A DNA stretch of 64,000 nucleotides, from sequence record PP047754; one strand, 5' to 3'. This DNA comes from Escherichia phage KEP4. The position numbers and the translations under genes were made by a program. A model generated the notes under the pieces. The model had not been told where the DNA came from. It saw only the letters and a list, made by a program, of their open reading frames with translations, and searched no databases. Shown here in pieces: positions 18,504 through 28,283 of this stretch. Position 1 is the first letter of the stretch. Each line of letters begins with the position of its first letter.

Positions 18504-21500
18504 TCAACCTTTCTTGCCCATCATGGACAACAGATTAACTCGACGTTTATGAGACCAACCAACCACATCCAAGATAGACTGAATTGGCTCTATAAAGGTC
18601 TTTTCAAACGTGGTGTGGTAATCCACCCATTTATCCAATCCCAATTCTGGAGGAAGGAAGTCAGGGAAGGCTATGCGATCATTCCCCACAGGATTGCCAG
18701 GTTTCAGGTTGATGATTTTAACCTTATCGCCAGATTCGATAGGGGGAAGACCGAGATCTTCGTGCTTATCGATCAGCTTGTTGTACATAATACAAGCCTT
18801 GGCAGCAAAGTGCGTACCGCTGATGTAATTCCCGTTCGCGTCTAACCACTTCTCAATATCGCTTACACCAGATGCCTGAGCGATATCATCCACGGTGAGT
18901 TCCATATATTCCTTTTTGTATCCAGCGATTAATTCCTGAACCTCTGCCTCAGTACCGAGCAGGACTTTCTCATAACATTTAACCAGACGCTCACGACACC
19001 ACTCAGGAGTGGTTGATTTACGCGCTTCCAGACCTTTGAATTTGATCTTTGGCTTCTCATACTTGATGCCTTCGCTATCGTATACTGCCATGCAATACAT
19101 CTTCTTGGCTCGCCATACAGCAGACGATGCGATGACCTCACGTTCCCAGACCATGCGCTGCTCAAACCCGTTCATGGTATTACACAACAACTGCGCCCAT
19201 TCACTGGTTTTTGGCTGGTAATTCTCTTTGATCCATTGGTCAATGTTATCAACGAGTTTGTGATGGTCCTTTTCTTCAGGCCACAATTGCTTGACCAGGC
19301 GTTCAATGCAAATGTAGTTGGAGTCTGTATCACCTGCGATAACAAAATCCTGACCAGTAGTACCACAAAGTTTGTTCAGATAATCATCAGTGTGGCGTTT
19401 GTTCCATTTATTGATCAACTGGCCGGAAGTGGTAATTGCTTCAGCGATGTTGATGTTGAAGTATTCTTTAAACCAGACGTTAGAAATTGCACCATATCCT
19501 GCGTTCATCAAGATCTTCAGACCTTGTTGTAACGTATCTTGGGCAACTCCCAAATCTTCCCACTTGTGCATGACTTCAGTCAGGTGATCAAGGTCGATAT
19601 GCTTGTGTTCTTCATACCATTCAGGATCGTAGAAACGAGACTTCATGGCAGATTCAAGGTGGAAATCACCTTTAGACATTTCCTTACACCAACCAGCCCA
19701 TTGCTCATACTTCAGACCAGTTGCTTTCTCTCCTTTACGGTCAGCGTATATGCCTCGCATAATTTCGGAAAGGAAAGACATCTTCTCATTACTGAAGAAT
19801 TGAACGTTCGGGGTAAACGAAACGTTATATCGACGTAATGTTTCAAAATGGAATTCACCCAGCGCGACCAATTCATCAACAACTTGTATGCGTTCATCAA
19901 TAGCACGCTGCAGCTTGTCGTGAAGATTTTTGAGATGACGGCGCTTGTTCATAGGCGTTGTCATATCATTCATCGCTTTGGTCAATTCTTCACACATGGA
20001 CTCAATGATATCGCGACGTGTGTGCTTGTCAGAAACGATAGTCTCAGGACCAAGGTTGTATTGCTGTATGATGTGGGGATACAGGGAGTTTAAGTCCTCA
20101 GAGAATACCCAGAAATATATCCCTGGTGCAACCTCCATGACATATGCGCCTTCAAAGTCCGTTGGACCATCATATACACGCTGTATTTTAGGGACAATCC
20201 CCTTTTCATAAAGACGATAGTAACACATCGCCAGCCATGGTGCTACAGTCCCAAGACCGTCTTCATAGTTAGATTTGGTGCGATACGCCAATACGAACAT
20301 CAGCTGTATCAAACGCAGCTTTTGTTCTAAACGCCACACGAGTTTGACGTCTTTGATACCATATCGGGTGTGTTTGCAATAATCATTAAAATATAGATCA
20401 TACAATGACTTGCTTTCACTATAATCCAACTTCTTCTCACCGAGTTCACAATAAGCGATCCAATCCAGTGAGTATTTTTCGCGGGTTGTGTACGTGTGTT
20501 TCTTGTAAACTTGCATGTAGTCCATCATAGGACAACCCACGAATTGATAAGAAGTCACGTCGCCTTTACGGTCTTTGATGAAACGTTTCTTGAGTTTGCC
20601 CCAAGGACTGAGGCGCTCTGCCTGAGTTTCACCGAGAACCTGCGTAATACGTTCAACCAAGTACGGGCTATCAAACGTTTCGATGTTCCAGCCAGTCCAA
20701 CCATCAAATTGACGTTCAGACCAATAATCTAAGAAAGCGCGAAGAAGTTCTTGTTCAGTCGTGTATTCTTTGTATTCAACCTCAAGACCACCTATCTCTT
20801 CATCATTTGGATCATATTTGAATTTATGGCGATCCTTAGAACACGGCATACCCCAGACATAGAACTTGTTGGTGTTCATGTCTTGAAGCTGGATGAGCGT
20901 AATAGGGAAGGCGGCATTCATGTTCTGTGTGATCTTACCATTACTATCAATGATAGGGAACTGGTCAGTCACGTTGTTGGAAATAAAGGAACCTGGGAAG
21001 TGCTCTCGAACGAAATCATGGTTGGCCAACACTTGCTTATGGAATCGGCGAACACGCGCCTCGCTCCCCTTAAACGTGTGGGATTCAATCGTCGCGTGAG
21101 GAAATGGGCCTTTAGTCATTTCTCCATCGCGCCACCCAGCCGAGAAAACTTCGATATCCACGTTGGCGATGTGAATATTTGAGTAATCGGGGGTAATCAT
21201 CCCAGGAAAACTATGCGCTATGAATTGATATGCATAATCCGTTTGTCCGTAAACGGCAGCGCCTTCGACCTCCTTATATTCCTCCAGATAGTTGTCGGCG
21301 TCACGCATTGACGCAAATTTTTTAGACACCAACGGTTCATTGAGGAGGCCAATCTTTTCAACTTTGGAATAATCGGCTGTGGGTAAATACAAGGTGGGTT
21401 CGAATTTCTTACGCAACATACGGCGATTGCCGTTGTCGTCTGCAATACGAATCAGAAGGTCGTTACCCTGTCGGGCAACGTTCGTATAGAAAACAGTCAT
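18504..21500 (-). CDS. DNA polymerase, family B (T4 gp43-like)
   Basis: ORF-track frame extends to 21659, but the internal Met MTVFYTNV... at 21500 has a GGAG RBS and avoids overlap with the divergent gene. Exo I-like NVDIEVF and motif C IAGDTDSNYI present. Confidence 0.85.
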   Translation of the reverse strand: MTVFYTNVARQGNDLLIRIADDNGNRRMLRKKFEPTLYLPTADYSKVEKIGLLNEPLVSKKFASMRDADNYLEEYKEVEGAAVYGQTDYAYQFIAHSFPGMITPDYSNIHIANVDIEVFSAGWRDGEMTKGPFPHATIESHTFKGSEARVRRFHKQVLANHDFVREHFPGSFISNNVTDQFPIIDSNGKITQNMNAAFPITLIQLQDMNTNKFYVWGMPCSKDRHKFKYDPNDEEIGGLEVEYKEYTTEQELLRAFLDYWSERQFDGWTGWNIETFDSPYLVERITQVLGETQAERLSPWGKLKKRFIKDRKGDVTSYQFVGCPMMDYMQVYKKHTYTTREKYSLDWIAYCELGEKKLDYSESKSLYDLYFNDYCKHTRYGIKDVKLVWRLEQKLRLIQLMFVLAYRTKSNYEDGLGTVAPWLAMCYYRLYEKGIVPKIQRVYDGPTDFEGAYVMEVAPGIYFWVFSEDLNSLYPHIIQQYNLGPETIVSDKHTRRDIIESMCEELTKAMNDMTTPMNKRRHLKNLHDKLQRAIDERIQVVDELVALGEFHFETLRRYNVSFTPNVQFFSNEKMSFLSEIMRGIYADRKGEKATGLKYEQWAGWCKEMSKGDFHLESAMKSRFYDPEWYEEHKHIDLDHLTEVMHKWEDLGVAQDTLQQGLKILMNAGYGAISNVWFKEYFNINIAEAITTSGQLINKWNKRHTDDYLNKLCGTTGQDFVIAGDTDSNYICIERLVKQLWPEEKDHHKLVDNIDQWIKENYQPKTSEWAQLLCNTMNGFEQRMVWEREVIASSAVWRAKKMYCMAVYDSEGIKYEKPKIKFKGLEARKSTTPEWCRERLVKCYEKVLLGTEAEVQELIAGYKKEYMELTVDDIAQASGVSDIEKWLDANGNYISGTHFAAKACIMYNKLIDKHEDLGLPPIESGDKVKIINLKPGNPVGNDRIAFPDFLPPELGLDKWVDYHTTFEKTFIEPIQSILDVVGWSHKRRVNLLSMMGKKG

Positions 21501-21579
21501 TGTTTGTCTCCGGTTAACCGTGCCGTTAGCACGTCCCCGTAATTTAGCCGAGGAACGTTCAATGACCAAGGAGTTTATT

Positions 21580-22152
21580 ATGGCAATCCCCTTTGTGAGT
21601 ATGATCCCAGGGGCGCTCAAGCAACTCTGGAACCTCGGGACTGATTTGATCCAATACAAGCGGGAAGTTGTTCAGGCCAAACACGATGTCAAGCTAGAGG
21701 CTATCAAGTCCTCCTCAGATTGGGAGCTGTCTAAGATCACCGAAGTCGGCGGGTCTTGGAAAGACGAATTCTGGACTATCGTGTTAGCTGTTCCCGCTAT
21801 CCTCGTCATGACTGCTCCGGTTGTGGAACTAATTCTGTTCCCTGATGAGTATCATAAAGGGGATTTCATCAAAGCAGTAATCGACGGCCTCCAGGCGCTC
21901 GATACCGCACCTGAATGGTATACCTATTCGTTATTGACAGCAATTAGTGCATCATTCGGTATCAAGGGGTATAACCATTACAAAAGCAACAGCCGGAAGG
22001 CGCAAGCTGTGGATGCTCTCAAGCAGTTTGGGGTCAAAGTGGTTAACAAAGATCCCACTGTTGTTACTCAGTCGGGTTCTCCCGATCTTGAGTCTGCTCC
22101 CCCAGCTGGGTCTACTGCGACCTCTGGTGCGTGGCCTGATCTGAAGAAATAA
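21580..22152 (+). CDS. hypothetical membrane protein
   Basis: ORF 21520..22152; start placed at the ATG (MAIPFVSMIP...) preceded by AAGGAG. Contains a hydrophobic helix (WTIVLAVPAILVMTAPVV). Confidence 0.5.
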   Translation: MAIPFVSMIPGALKQLWNLGTDLIQYKREVVQAKHDVKLEAIKSSSDWELSKITEVGGSWKDEFWTIVLAVPAILVMTAPVVELILFPDEYHKGDFIKAVIDGLQALDTAPEWYTYSLLTAISASFGIKGYNHYKSNSRKAQAVDALKQFGVKVVNKDPTVVTQSGSPDLESAPPAGSTATSGAWPDLKK

Positions 22153-22156
22153 GTTA

Positions 22157-22184
22157 GAGGGGAGGAAACTCCCCTTTCTTTTGG
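22157..22184 (+). terminator. rho-independent terminator
   Basis: GGGGAG-GAAA-CTCCCC hairpin followed by TTTCTTTTGG. Confidence 0.65.
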
Positions 22185-22193
22185 TGTTAAGGA

Positions 22194-22406
22194 ATGAAAG
22201 TGGTAAACAAGAGATTGCTCGTCACCCAAGGCGGGGCGACGATAGTGAGAGGAAGGATTTACGAACAGATTCAGCTGGGTGATCATAAGACACGCCTGAC
22301 TGTCAAAGCACCGGACGGCGGATGGCCCACAAAGGTGGTTGTCCCCGACGGCCTCATAGAACGAGGGACAGCAGTGTACAAAGGAGCAGAGTTCAAAATT
22401 TATTAA
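22194..22406 (+). CDS. hypothetical small protein
   Basis: 70-aa ORF after the terminator. Confidence 0.4.
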   Translation: MKVVNKRLLVTQGGATIVRGRIYEQIQLGDHKTRLTVKAPDGGWPTKVVVPDGLIERGTAVYKGAEFKIY

Positions 22407-22501
22407 AATATTTATTGAATAAAGTTTACTTCTTCAATAACTGGCGTATACTTCTAATTGTAGTACGAACAAACAACAATCTGAAGAGAAGGAAATACAT
22501 C

Positions 22502-23059
22502 ATGGCAATCGAAATTATCGCTCAATCCAAATCCGGCAAAACTGTATTGTTCGGCACCGAAGAAGGCCGTGTAATCACCACTTTGGGCACAGTTGACGGC
22601 AGCAACCCCGTAAAAGGCGGTCGCTTCCTGGTTGAGTACGGTTCTCGTGTCGTGATGGTAAGTAAAATTGATGGGCGTGATATCACTGCTCCTCGTCAAG
22701 AATTCTTTGATTCACGTTCTGCCGCCATGCAATTCTTTTTCTTCCAGAAACGTCACGAACTGTTCGTTGAAGCGAAAGACGCAGGTCTGGACGACGCAAC
22801 GGCTGAGCTGATTGCCGAAGGTAAAATGACTCTTGAGACTGCTCTGGGAGACATGGATTACGAAGCCGAAGCGCATTATATTGAATATTCCGCATATCAG
22901 AACGAATGTGAAGATGATCCGGAAGATGATGGATTTGATCCAGATCTTCACGGCGGCGAGGATGACAATACTCCTTCTCTGGAAGTTATCATGGCTGGTG
23001 GTCAGGCCGCTTGGGAATGGCAGAATGAAAAGAACGCATGGTTGGATTCCCGCCTCTAA
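22502..23059 (+). CDS. hypothetical acidic protein
   Basis: ORF 22322..23059 trimmed to the Met (MAIEIIAQSK...) with AAGGAAA RBS; acidic C-terminus. Confidence 0.55.
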   Translation: MAIEIIAQSKSGKTVLFGTEEGRVITTLGTVDGSNPVKGGRFLVEYGSRVVMVSKIDGRDITAPRQEFFDSRSAAMQFFFFQKRHELFVEAKDAGLDDATAELIAEGKMTLETALGDMDYEAEAHYIEYSAYQNECEDDPEDDGFDPDLHGGEDDNTPSLEVIMAGGQAAWEWQNEKNAWLDSRL

Positions 23060-23066
23060 TATGACA

Positions 23067-23084
23067 AAGCCCCTTCGGGGGCTT
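23067..23084 (+). terminator. hairpin terminator (UUCG loop)
   Basis: AAGCCCC-TTCG-GGGGCTT immediately after the stop of 22502..23059; downstream T content is modest. Confidence 0.4.
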
Positions 23085-23107
23085 ACTTTGAACTGAAGGA
23101 CTATATT

Positions 23108-23257
23108 ATGATTTTTATCGTGTGGGTAGTATTCGCATTTCTGGCCATGGCCGACATCGGCAAGTATCACCTAATCCCCAGTGACCTGACTGTCCTGCTG
23201 TACGGTATGGTTTCGTACATCCTGGGTTATGTCCGCGCCCGTCTTCTGTCTGAATGA
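23108..23257 (+). CDS. small membrane protein (49 aa)
   Basis: Hand-found ORF MIFIVWVVFAFLAMADIGKYHLIPSDLTVLLYGMVSYILGYVRARLLSE; upstream context GAAGGACTATATT-ATG is repeated before the next gene. Confidence 0.4.
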   Translation: MIFIVWVVFAFLAMADIGKYHLIPSDLTVLLYGMVSYILGYVRARLLSE

Positions 23258-23268
23258 AGGACTATATC

Positions 23269-23811
23269 ATGAATATACCAAAAACTCCTGTCCGTATTGC
23301 CGTCGAGCCTCTGCTGGTTGATGCTGAGAATGCTGCTGAGCAGTACGCGAACAAAGTCATCAAGAACATAATGGACGATCTGGCATCCAACGGCTGGGAC
23401 GTCGAGAAGTGCGCTCCGTGGCCATCTTCGGTTGGTGTCAAGTTTGGTGATCCAGATTACCAACGAATGAAATCAAAACATGCGCTCTACCGTTCTTTGA
23501 CCCAGGCAGTGAATCCTTCTTACATACCTGGGAAGCCGGATATTGTCAAAGCTGATCCTGAGCGCCATGCTCTGTTTGTCAAAGAAGCACGTCGAAACGC
23601 TGCGATGCAATATGAGTCTTTCATTTGTAAACTGGAAGACAAAATTGGTGGGCACAGCGCGGCTGTGCTGAATGGTTCCCATATATGGGGTTATTCAATC
23701 CTAACCGTGACTACACCAGAGGGGATCGAGCGCTGGAAGACTCAGACGATTATCAATGTGTCCAAGCTGGGCAAACTCTTTAACCAATATCCAACGAGGA
23801 AGGTGAAATGA
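23269..23811 (+). CDS. hypothetical protein
   Basis: ORF 23254..23811; start placed at the second ATG (MNIPKTPV...), which has the same GAAGGACTATAT context as the preceding small gene. Confidence 0.55.
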   Translation: MNIPKTPVRIAVEPLLVDAENAAEQYANKVIKNIMDDLASNGWDVEKCAPWPSSVGVKFGDPDYQRMKSKHALYRSLTQAVNPSYIPGKPDIVKADPERHALFVKEARRNAAMQYESFICKLEDKIGGHSAAVLNGSHIWGYSILTVTTPEGIERWKTQTIINVSKLGKLFNQYPTRKVK

Positions 23812-24182
23812 TGAAAAACTTCGCACAAGAATTACAGACTACGATTGACCAGGCTCAGATTTGGGAAGCCATGGGGATAGTTGAAAAAGCCGTTGATATC
23901 TTTGTTTGCAAAATGAAGAAGCAACTCGTTTCCCAAGCAAATCGCGGAGTTGAAATTGATGACATGGTGTACGCTGTTGGTGGCCACAGGTTTGACGAAA
24001 TATTAACCGCATTTCAACAGGCATATAAGTCTCAAAAATACCCAACAGACAAGCAAGTCGAAAAGTTCAAAACATTGTTGGTGGCGAGTCTTCTGAAGGA
24101 AGGTTTGAAGTTCGAATTACACAAGGATGAAAGAACAGATGTCGTAACAATGAGATTCACAGTACACACAAACGATATCTAA
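23808..24182 (+). CDS. hypothetical protein
   Basis: 124-aa ORF, 4-nt overlap with upstream gene. Confidence 0.5.
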   Translation: MMKNFAQELQTTIDQAQIWEAMGIVEKAVDIFVCKMKKQLVSQANRGVEIDDMVYAVGGHRFDEILTAFQQAYKSQKYPTDKQVEKFKTLLVASLLKEGLKFELHKDERTDVVTMRFTVHTNDI

Positions 24183-24184
24183 AA

Positions 24185-24207
24185 CAAAGGGGCATTAAGC
24201 CCCTTTG
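24185..24207 (+). terminator. bidirectional rho-independent terminator
   Basis: CAAAGGGGC-ATTA-GCCCCTTTG hairpin with T-runs on both sides, between convergent genes 23808..24182 (+) and 24209..24667 (-). Confidence 0.65.
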
Positions 24208-24208
24208 T

Positions 24209-24667
24209 TTATTTCCCATCCCAAAAGTCGTCTTCATCGTCTACTTCATCAAACGCAGAATCCAATTCTTCGTCAGAGTACTCTGGAAGACGACCATTCT
24301 GTTTCAGATATTCAATTTCGTCATCTTCCAATTGAAGATCCGTGGCTATAAACAGCGCCCCTGTTTCTTCATCGTGCTCAATACTGTAAGATGTATATTC
24401 AGCACCCTGGACTGTAATGATGATAGACGTCGGGTCTTCTGGGTCCACATGGGCTTCAAACGGGATACCGTCAATCGGGGCGTCCTCTAAAAATGTAGCA
24501 AGAGCTACGGCGGCGCGGACGACGTCTGTCCCTTGCACGGAAGCATAAATCTCTTCAGCGCCTGTTTCCCCGCGCTCAAAGAATTCAATCGTAGTCCCGT
24601 CTTGAACACCAGTCCAGATAGGCATGTCTGCTGGGGAATCCGCTTCAAATAATTTCGAAATTGGCAT
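24209..24667 (-). CDS. hypothetical highly acidic protein
   Basis: 152-aa ORF, Asp/Glu-rich. Confidence 0.5.
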   Translation of the reverse strand: MPISKLFEADSPADMPIWTGVQDGTTIEFFERGETGAEEIYASVQGTDVVRAAVALATFLEDAPIDGIPFEAHVDPEDPTSIIITVQGAEYTSYSIEHDEETGALFIATDLQLEDDEIEYLKQNGRLPEYSDEELDSAFDEVDDEDDFWDGK

Positions 24668-24702
24668 GGTAATGTCCTCTTGAATAAACCGCTTTGGACT
24701 AT

Positions 24703-25152
24703 TTAGGCTTCTCTGGTCGCCAACCCTGGCTTAAACACCACCATTTCCTCAACGTTATTGGCACTCATAGAGGCTATAGAATCGAACCCTTTGTTGATAA
24801 GTTCTTTCACATTATCATGTATCTTACCAGGCTTTATCCCCAACTCTCGCATTTTATTTTCCCACACCGAAACATTGTTGGAATCTATTACAAGAGTCTT
24901 CTTGGCCTTGACACGAAATGCCATGACAATAGGTTCACCAGATTGACGATAGCGCACGGCATTTTCTGCGTAGATCTGTGCCTTTTCTGGATCCCCCGTC
25001 AGGTAAAACCCAGCACCCATCGTACCAGAGTCAGTCTGGCCAAATTTTTCAAAATCAAAGATATCGAATTCAACATTAGACCCATGATACAAAACGATAT
25101 TCGTAAAATCAGGTAACGTTGATTCGCGATAAAATTCTAGAAAGGTTTTCAT
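24703..25152 (-). CDS. hypothetical protein
   Basis: 149-aa ORF; no confident motif. Confidence 0.5.
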   Translation of the reverse strand: MKTFLEFYRESTLPDFTNIVLYHGSNVEFDIFDFEKFGQTDSGTMGAGFYLTGDPEKAQIYAENAVRYRQSGEPIVMAFRVKAKKTLVIDSNNVSVWENKMRELGIKPGKIHDNVKELINKGFDSIASMSANNVEEMVVFKPGLATREA

Positions 25153-25191
25153 AGATACCCCACACTGGTCGTATGGGGTATTTAGGATGGA

Positions 25192-26385
25192 TTAGCTGGG
25201 GACAAACTCATTCACAGGGACATGTTCAGGTATTGATAATTCAGGACAAGCAGCTTTCATCGCTTCCAGATATGGCTTGCTACCCACGATCCAAAACAAT
25301 GAGTTCTCATTAAGCAATTCTGGTTTGTGTTCCTGTATCCATGTCATCACCTTCCCTTCATAACGAGGATGCAACTCAATATCTCCCCACTGGTAATCCA
25401 TGAGGTCGTTGTAACGAACCCAATTAGTGGTATGAAGATCCCAATGGTGTACCTCAAAGCGAGGAAGCACGATATCCGGCTCGTTCTTTGGCCTGATACC
25501 ACTTAGGAGGCCAGCCAGCGAAACGCTCTTAGAGGCATGCTGAAGATCCTTCTTACCATACACATAATCTGGGTTGTCGTGATAGCGACGAGTGAAATCA
25601 GTTATGTGAGGGAGGTTTGCTTGCTTACCGATAATGCGCAAACGACTTTCAATGAAATCTAATCGGTTAGGTCCAATCCCGATCAGATAGACATTCTTCA
25701 GATTTGGTTTCGGATGCATCGCTAAACCTGTCAGGATACTGGTGCATGAATTACAAGAACCAGCAGGAATGATCAGATCAGTGATATGGTCTGGGATATT
25801 GGCAACCTGCTCGCCACCCAGCATATGGAATCCAGCAATGCGTTCTGGTGAATGAACGGTATGATCCAATGTAATGCCATATTCCAGATAATACGCCTTT
25901 GGATTTAATTGTTCAATGAGTTTCTTACAGCGCGGCTGAATGGTGCTATTGTAACCAGATCCAACAAAGTTGAACTCACTACCAAACCATGCTGACATTG
26001 AAACCATATCATGATTCATGCATGTGGTTGGTTTAGTGGCACCCAGCACAGTGGTTGTCTTGCCGCCGAAATGCCGTGAGACTGCCGTCGCCATAGGGGA
26101 CTGCGGACTACCAACTACAGTACCATGGATAAGATCTGGGGATCCTCCAGCTTTCAGATGCTCCATCATGAGCCAGATGGCCTGGCGGAGTTTGCTGCCA
26201 TTGATCCCCTGCTTGCCATTCATATAGCATGACAAAGGCGCGAAGTAATCTTCACGTTTGAACCAAACCTGCTGATTGGTTTCTGGATTGGCAATAAGTT
26301 CGCACGGGGTGTGTTTGTAGAGATAGTCTTCCCAGTGAACCAGATTACGGTCGAGGGAAAGGGTATCGAAGATGGTTTTGTTCAT
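25192..26385 (-). CDS. PLP-dependent enzyme, fold type II (Trp-synthase-beta/ACC-deaminase-like), tentative
   Basis: 397-aa ORF; candidate PLP-lysine motif NGSKLRQA and a loop IIPAGSCNSCTSILTG resembling the VVCSVTGSTQAG loop of ACC-deaminase/D-cysteine desulfhydrase enzymes. Confidence 0.45.
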   Translation of the reverse strand: MNKTIFDTLSLDRNLVHWEDYLYKHTPCELIANPETNQQVWFKREDYFAPLSCYMNGKQGINGSKLRQAIWLMMEHLKAGGSPDLIHGTVVGSPQSPMATAVSRHFGGKTTTVLGATKPTTCMNHDMVSMSAWFGSEFNFVGSGYNSTIQPRCKKLIEQLNPKAYYLEYGITLDHTVHSPERIAGFHMLGGEQVANIPDHITDLIIPAGSCNSCTSILTGLAMHPKPNLKNVYLIGIGPNRLDFIESRLRIIGKQANLPHITDFTRRYHDNPDYVYGKKDLQHASKSVSLAGLLSGIRPKNEPDIVLPRFEVHHWDLHTTNWVRYNDLMDYQWGDIELHPRYEGKVMTWIQEHKPELLNENSLFWIVGSKPYLEAMKAACPELSIPEHVPVNEFVPS

Positions 26386-26454
26386 TCTATTTCTCCTGTA
26401 GGCATTGGCTTATCATAGCGTATCTACAGGAGTATAGAAAAGGAGAATCTCGGA

Positions 26455-27156
26455 TTACTTCTTGAACAGACGAAGGAACTTCATCATGTTATCCATGAAA
26501 GTCGGCTTCTCGACCTTTTGTTTTACCGGAGCGCCCTGATCATTCAGAACACGACTGGCCGGAGGAGTAGGCGGTGTCGGGATTGAACTGTCATGTTTAA
26601 CAACCGGAGCACCACTGGCCAGAGGAGTTGGCTTCAAAGATTTAATTGCCTGATTCAAATCGGAATTATCCACGACACCCACTTCTTCACCGACCGTAAC
26701 GCATGGTTTGATCAGAACGGATTTCTTAGACTGCTCATACTGATGAGCGATGTCCAGATATTTCTTGCGCTCTGTGTAGAAATCAACATTCTTTACTTTA
26801 CGGCGGCGAGCAGTAGAACTCTCTTCACCATAGAAATCATAACCATTTTTGAATAACCAATTCACGGCTTGCTCAAATGTGTTGAACACCATATACAGAC
26901 CGCGTCGACCATTTACCATGTCGTCTTCGCTGGAATAACCAATGAATACCGCTTGCCCTTTCTTGTTGATATCAAAAGGAGTACACACACCAGTTTCTTC
27001 AAGTGATCGCGGAGCAAGATGCCCGTCCCGATAGATATATGCCGGATACAAGAACTCATTAAGAGTACGTTTGTTCCCTTTGTATGTGTACAGGCGAGCA
27101 AATGGAGGCAGGTCACAAACGACATCGTTGTAATCCCAAATCGTAACATTACGCAT
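26455..27156 (-). CDS. hypothetical protein
   Basis: 233-aa ORF with Pro/Thr-rich linker and basic C-terminus. Confidence 0.5.
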   Translation of the reverse strand: MRNVTIWDYNDVVCDLPPFARLYTYKGNKRTLNEFLYPAYIYRDGHLAPRSLEETGVCTPFDINKKGQAVFIGYSSEDDMVNGRRGLYMVFNTFEQAVNWLFKNGYDFYGEESSTARRRKVKNVDFYTERKKYLDIAHQYEQSKKSVLIKPCVTVGEEVGVVDNSDLNQAIKSLKPTPLASGAPVVKHDSSIPTPPTPPASRVLNDQGAPVKQKVEKPTFMDNMMKFLRLFKK

Positions 27157-27227
27157 GTTGTTTCCTCAAATCAATGAAGGGGTTTATAAACGGTTAAATT
27201 TTAAACCCCTTATTCTCATTGAACAAA

Positions 27228-27746
27228 TCAAATACTAGTCATATAGAGTGGGACAACCTGCTCAGCGATCAACACGACCTCGGTAATGGTAAAGTCACCA
27301 CCATAAGAGTACAGTTTCATTTGCGCTCCGTTGGTCGCCAGGTTCCCATCCTTGTCAACGCTGAAGAATGTAATGAAAGACAAAGTGTCCGGCGGCGGTA
27401 CGCTAGCATCACGACTTCTTGATAACTGGTTCCCCACAGAACCCACAAAATCTAATATCATAGTTCTATTAGAAGTAGACCCAGACCATGATCCGACAAT
27501 ATTAACCTTCACCGGAAGAATAGAATCATAGGGAAACGCATGAAATTTGTGATCTGATAATTTAAAAAACGGGGCTAAACCAGTAGGAGAAGAAGGGTTC
27601 GGAGTCTTCCCATCCAACACAGTTAATAAATCTATTCCAGTTGCCCCAGAAGTTAGCAGTTGTGACAATCCAGAAAATCTGACTTCTGTTTTAATGCGGT
27701 GGGTCTGAAGCATATTCCCCAAATAGGGAGATGTCAAAATAGCCAT
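27228..27746 (-). CDS. hypothetical protein
   Basis: 172-aa ORF. Confidence 0.5.
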   Translation of the reverse strand: MAILTSPYLGNMLQTHRIKTEVRFSGLSQLLTSGATGIDLLTVLDGKTPNPSSPTGLAPFFKLSDHKFHAFPYDSILPVKVNIVGSWSGSTSNRTMILDFVGSVGNQLSRSRDASVPPPDTLSFITFFSVDKDGNLATNGAQMKLYSYGGDFTITEVVLIAEQVVPLYMTSI

Positions 27747-27755
27747 ATCTCCCCC

Positions 27756-27989
27756 TTAAGAAACGATAACTGTCGCATCAGAATTAATTGCCTTAACCCA
27801 ACCCACCGTCGGCGGGGTTAAAACGACCATATTTCCTTGATATATGATATGCGCGTTGTTACCCGTTGGAGCGCTGGGGCTATCACACAGATACACAGAA
27901 CCGTGAGTCACTTGAAGAGTTTTCAAAGATGTTCCGTCTGAGACTTGTGTCCATGTACTTGCGTTTGGTATGATCTTAGCGGTTGCCAT
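27756..27989 (-). CDS. hypothetical small protein
   Basis: 77-aa ORF. Confidence 0.4.
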   Translation of the reverse strand: MATAKIIPNASTWTQVSDGTSLKTLQVTHGSVYLCDSPSAPTGNNAHIIYQGNMVVLTPPTVGWVKAINSDATVIVS

Positions 27990-28034
27990 AATAGACCTCC
28001 TTTACAAGTCAGATCTATTTATTATAGACAAAAA

Positions 28035-28060
28035 GAAGCCCGATCTTCCTGATCGGGCTA
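28035..28060 (-). terminator. rho-independent terminator (minus strand) at the exit of the tRNA island
   Basis: AGCCCGATC-aggaa-GATCGGGCT hairpin followed on the minus strand by TCTTTTTGTC. Confidence 0.5.
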
Positions 28061-28119
28061 TGGTTAAACCATCGTGGGGATGGAAAGACTACTCACAGCA
28101 ATTTCTAGTATTAGGCGTT

Positions 28120-28150
28120 TGGGAGAGTGCGTCGGGAATCGAACCCGAAA
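28120..28150 (-). ncRNA. tRNA-like 3-prime fragment (T-arm plus acceptor strand); 5-prime half not found
   Basis: Reverse complement reads TCGGG-TTCGATT-CCCGA-CGCACTC-T-CCCA, a perfect T-arm, but no complementary acceptor strand or anticodon stem was found nearby. Confidence 0.25.
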
Positions 28151-28283
28151 TCGTCAGGACGTTGAAAGCTATTTGCATTTCACTTGCATATCCTGCGACT
28201 TTCTTAACTTCCTTAACCCCAGATTGTTATGAAGTCGGCATGCACACCTTCTTCATCTTCAGGAAGTCACACTCATTATTCTG

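Noticed and set aside
18120-18845. 241-aa plus-strand ORF
   Set aside because: Antisense to the lipoprotein gene and the 3-prime end of the DNA polymerase gene; shadow ORF.
18504-21659. Full-length 1051-aa ORF as the DNA polymerase reading frame
   Set aside because: The first 53 codons have no polymerase-like sequence and overlap the divergent gene; the internal Met at 21500 has a GGAG RBS and gives the canonical MTVFYT... N-terminus.
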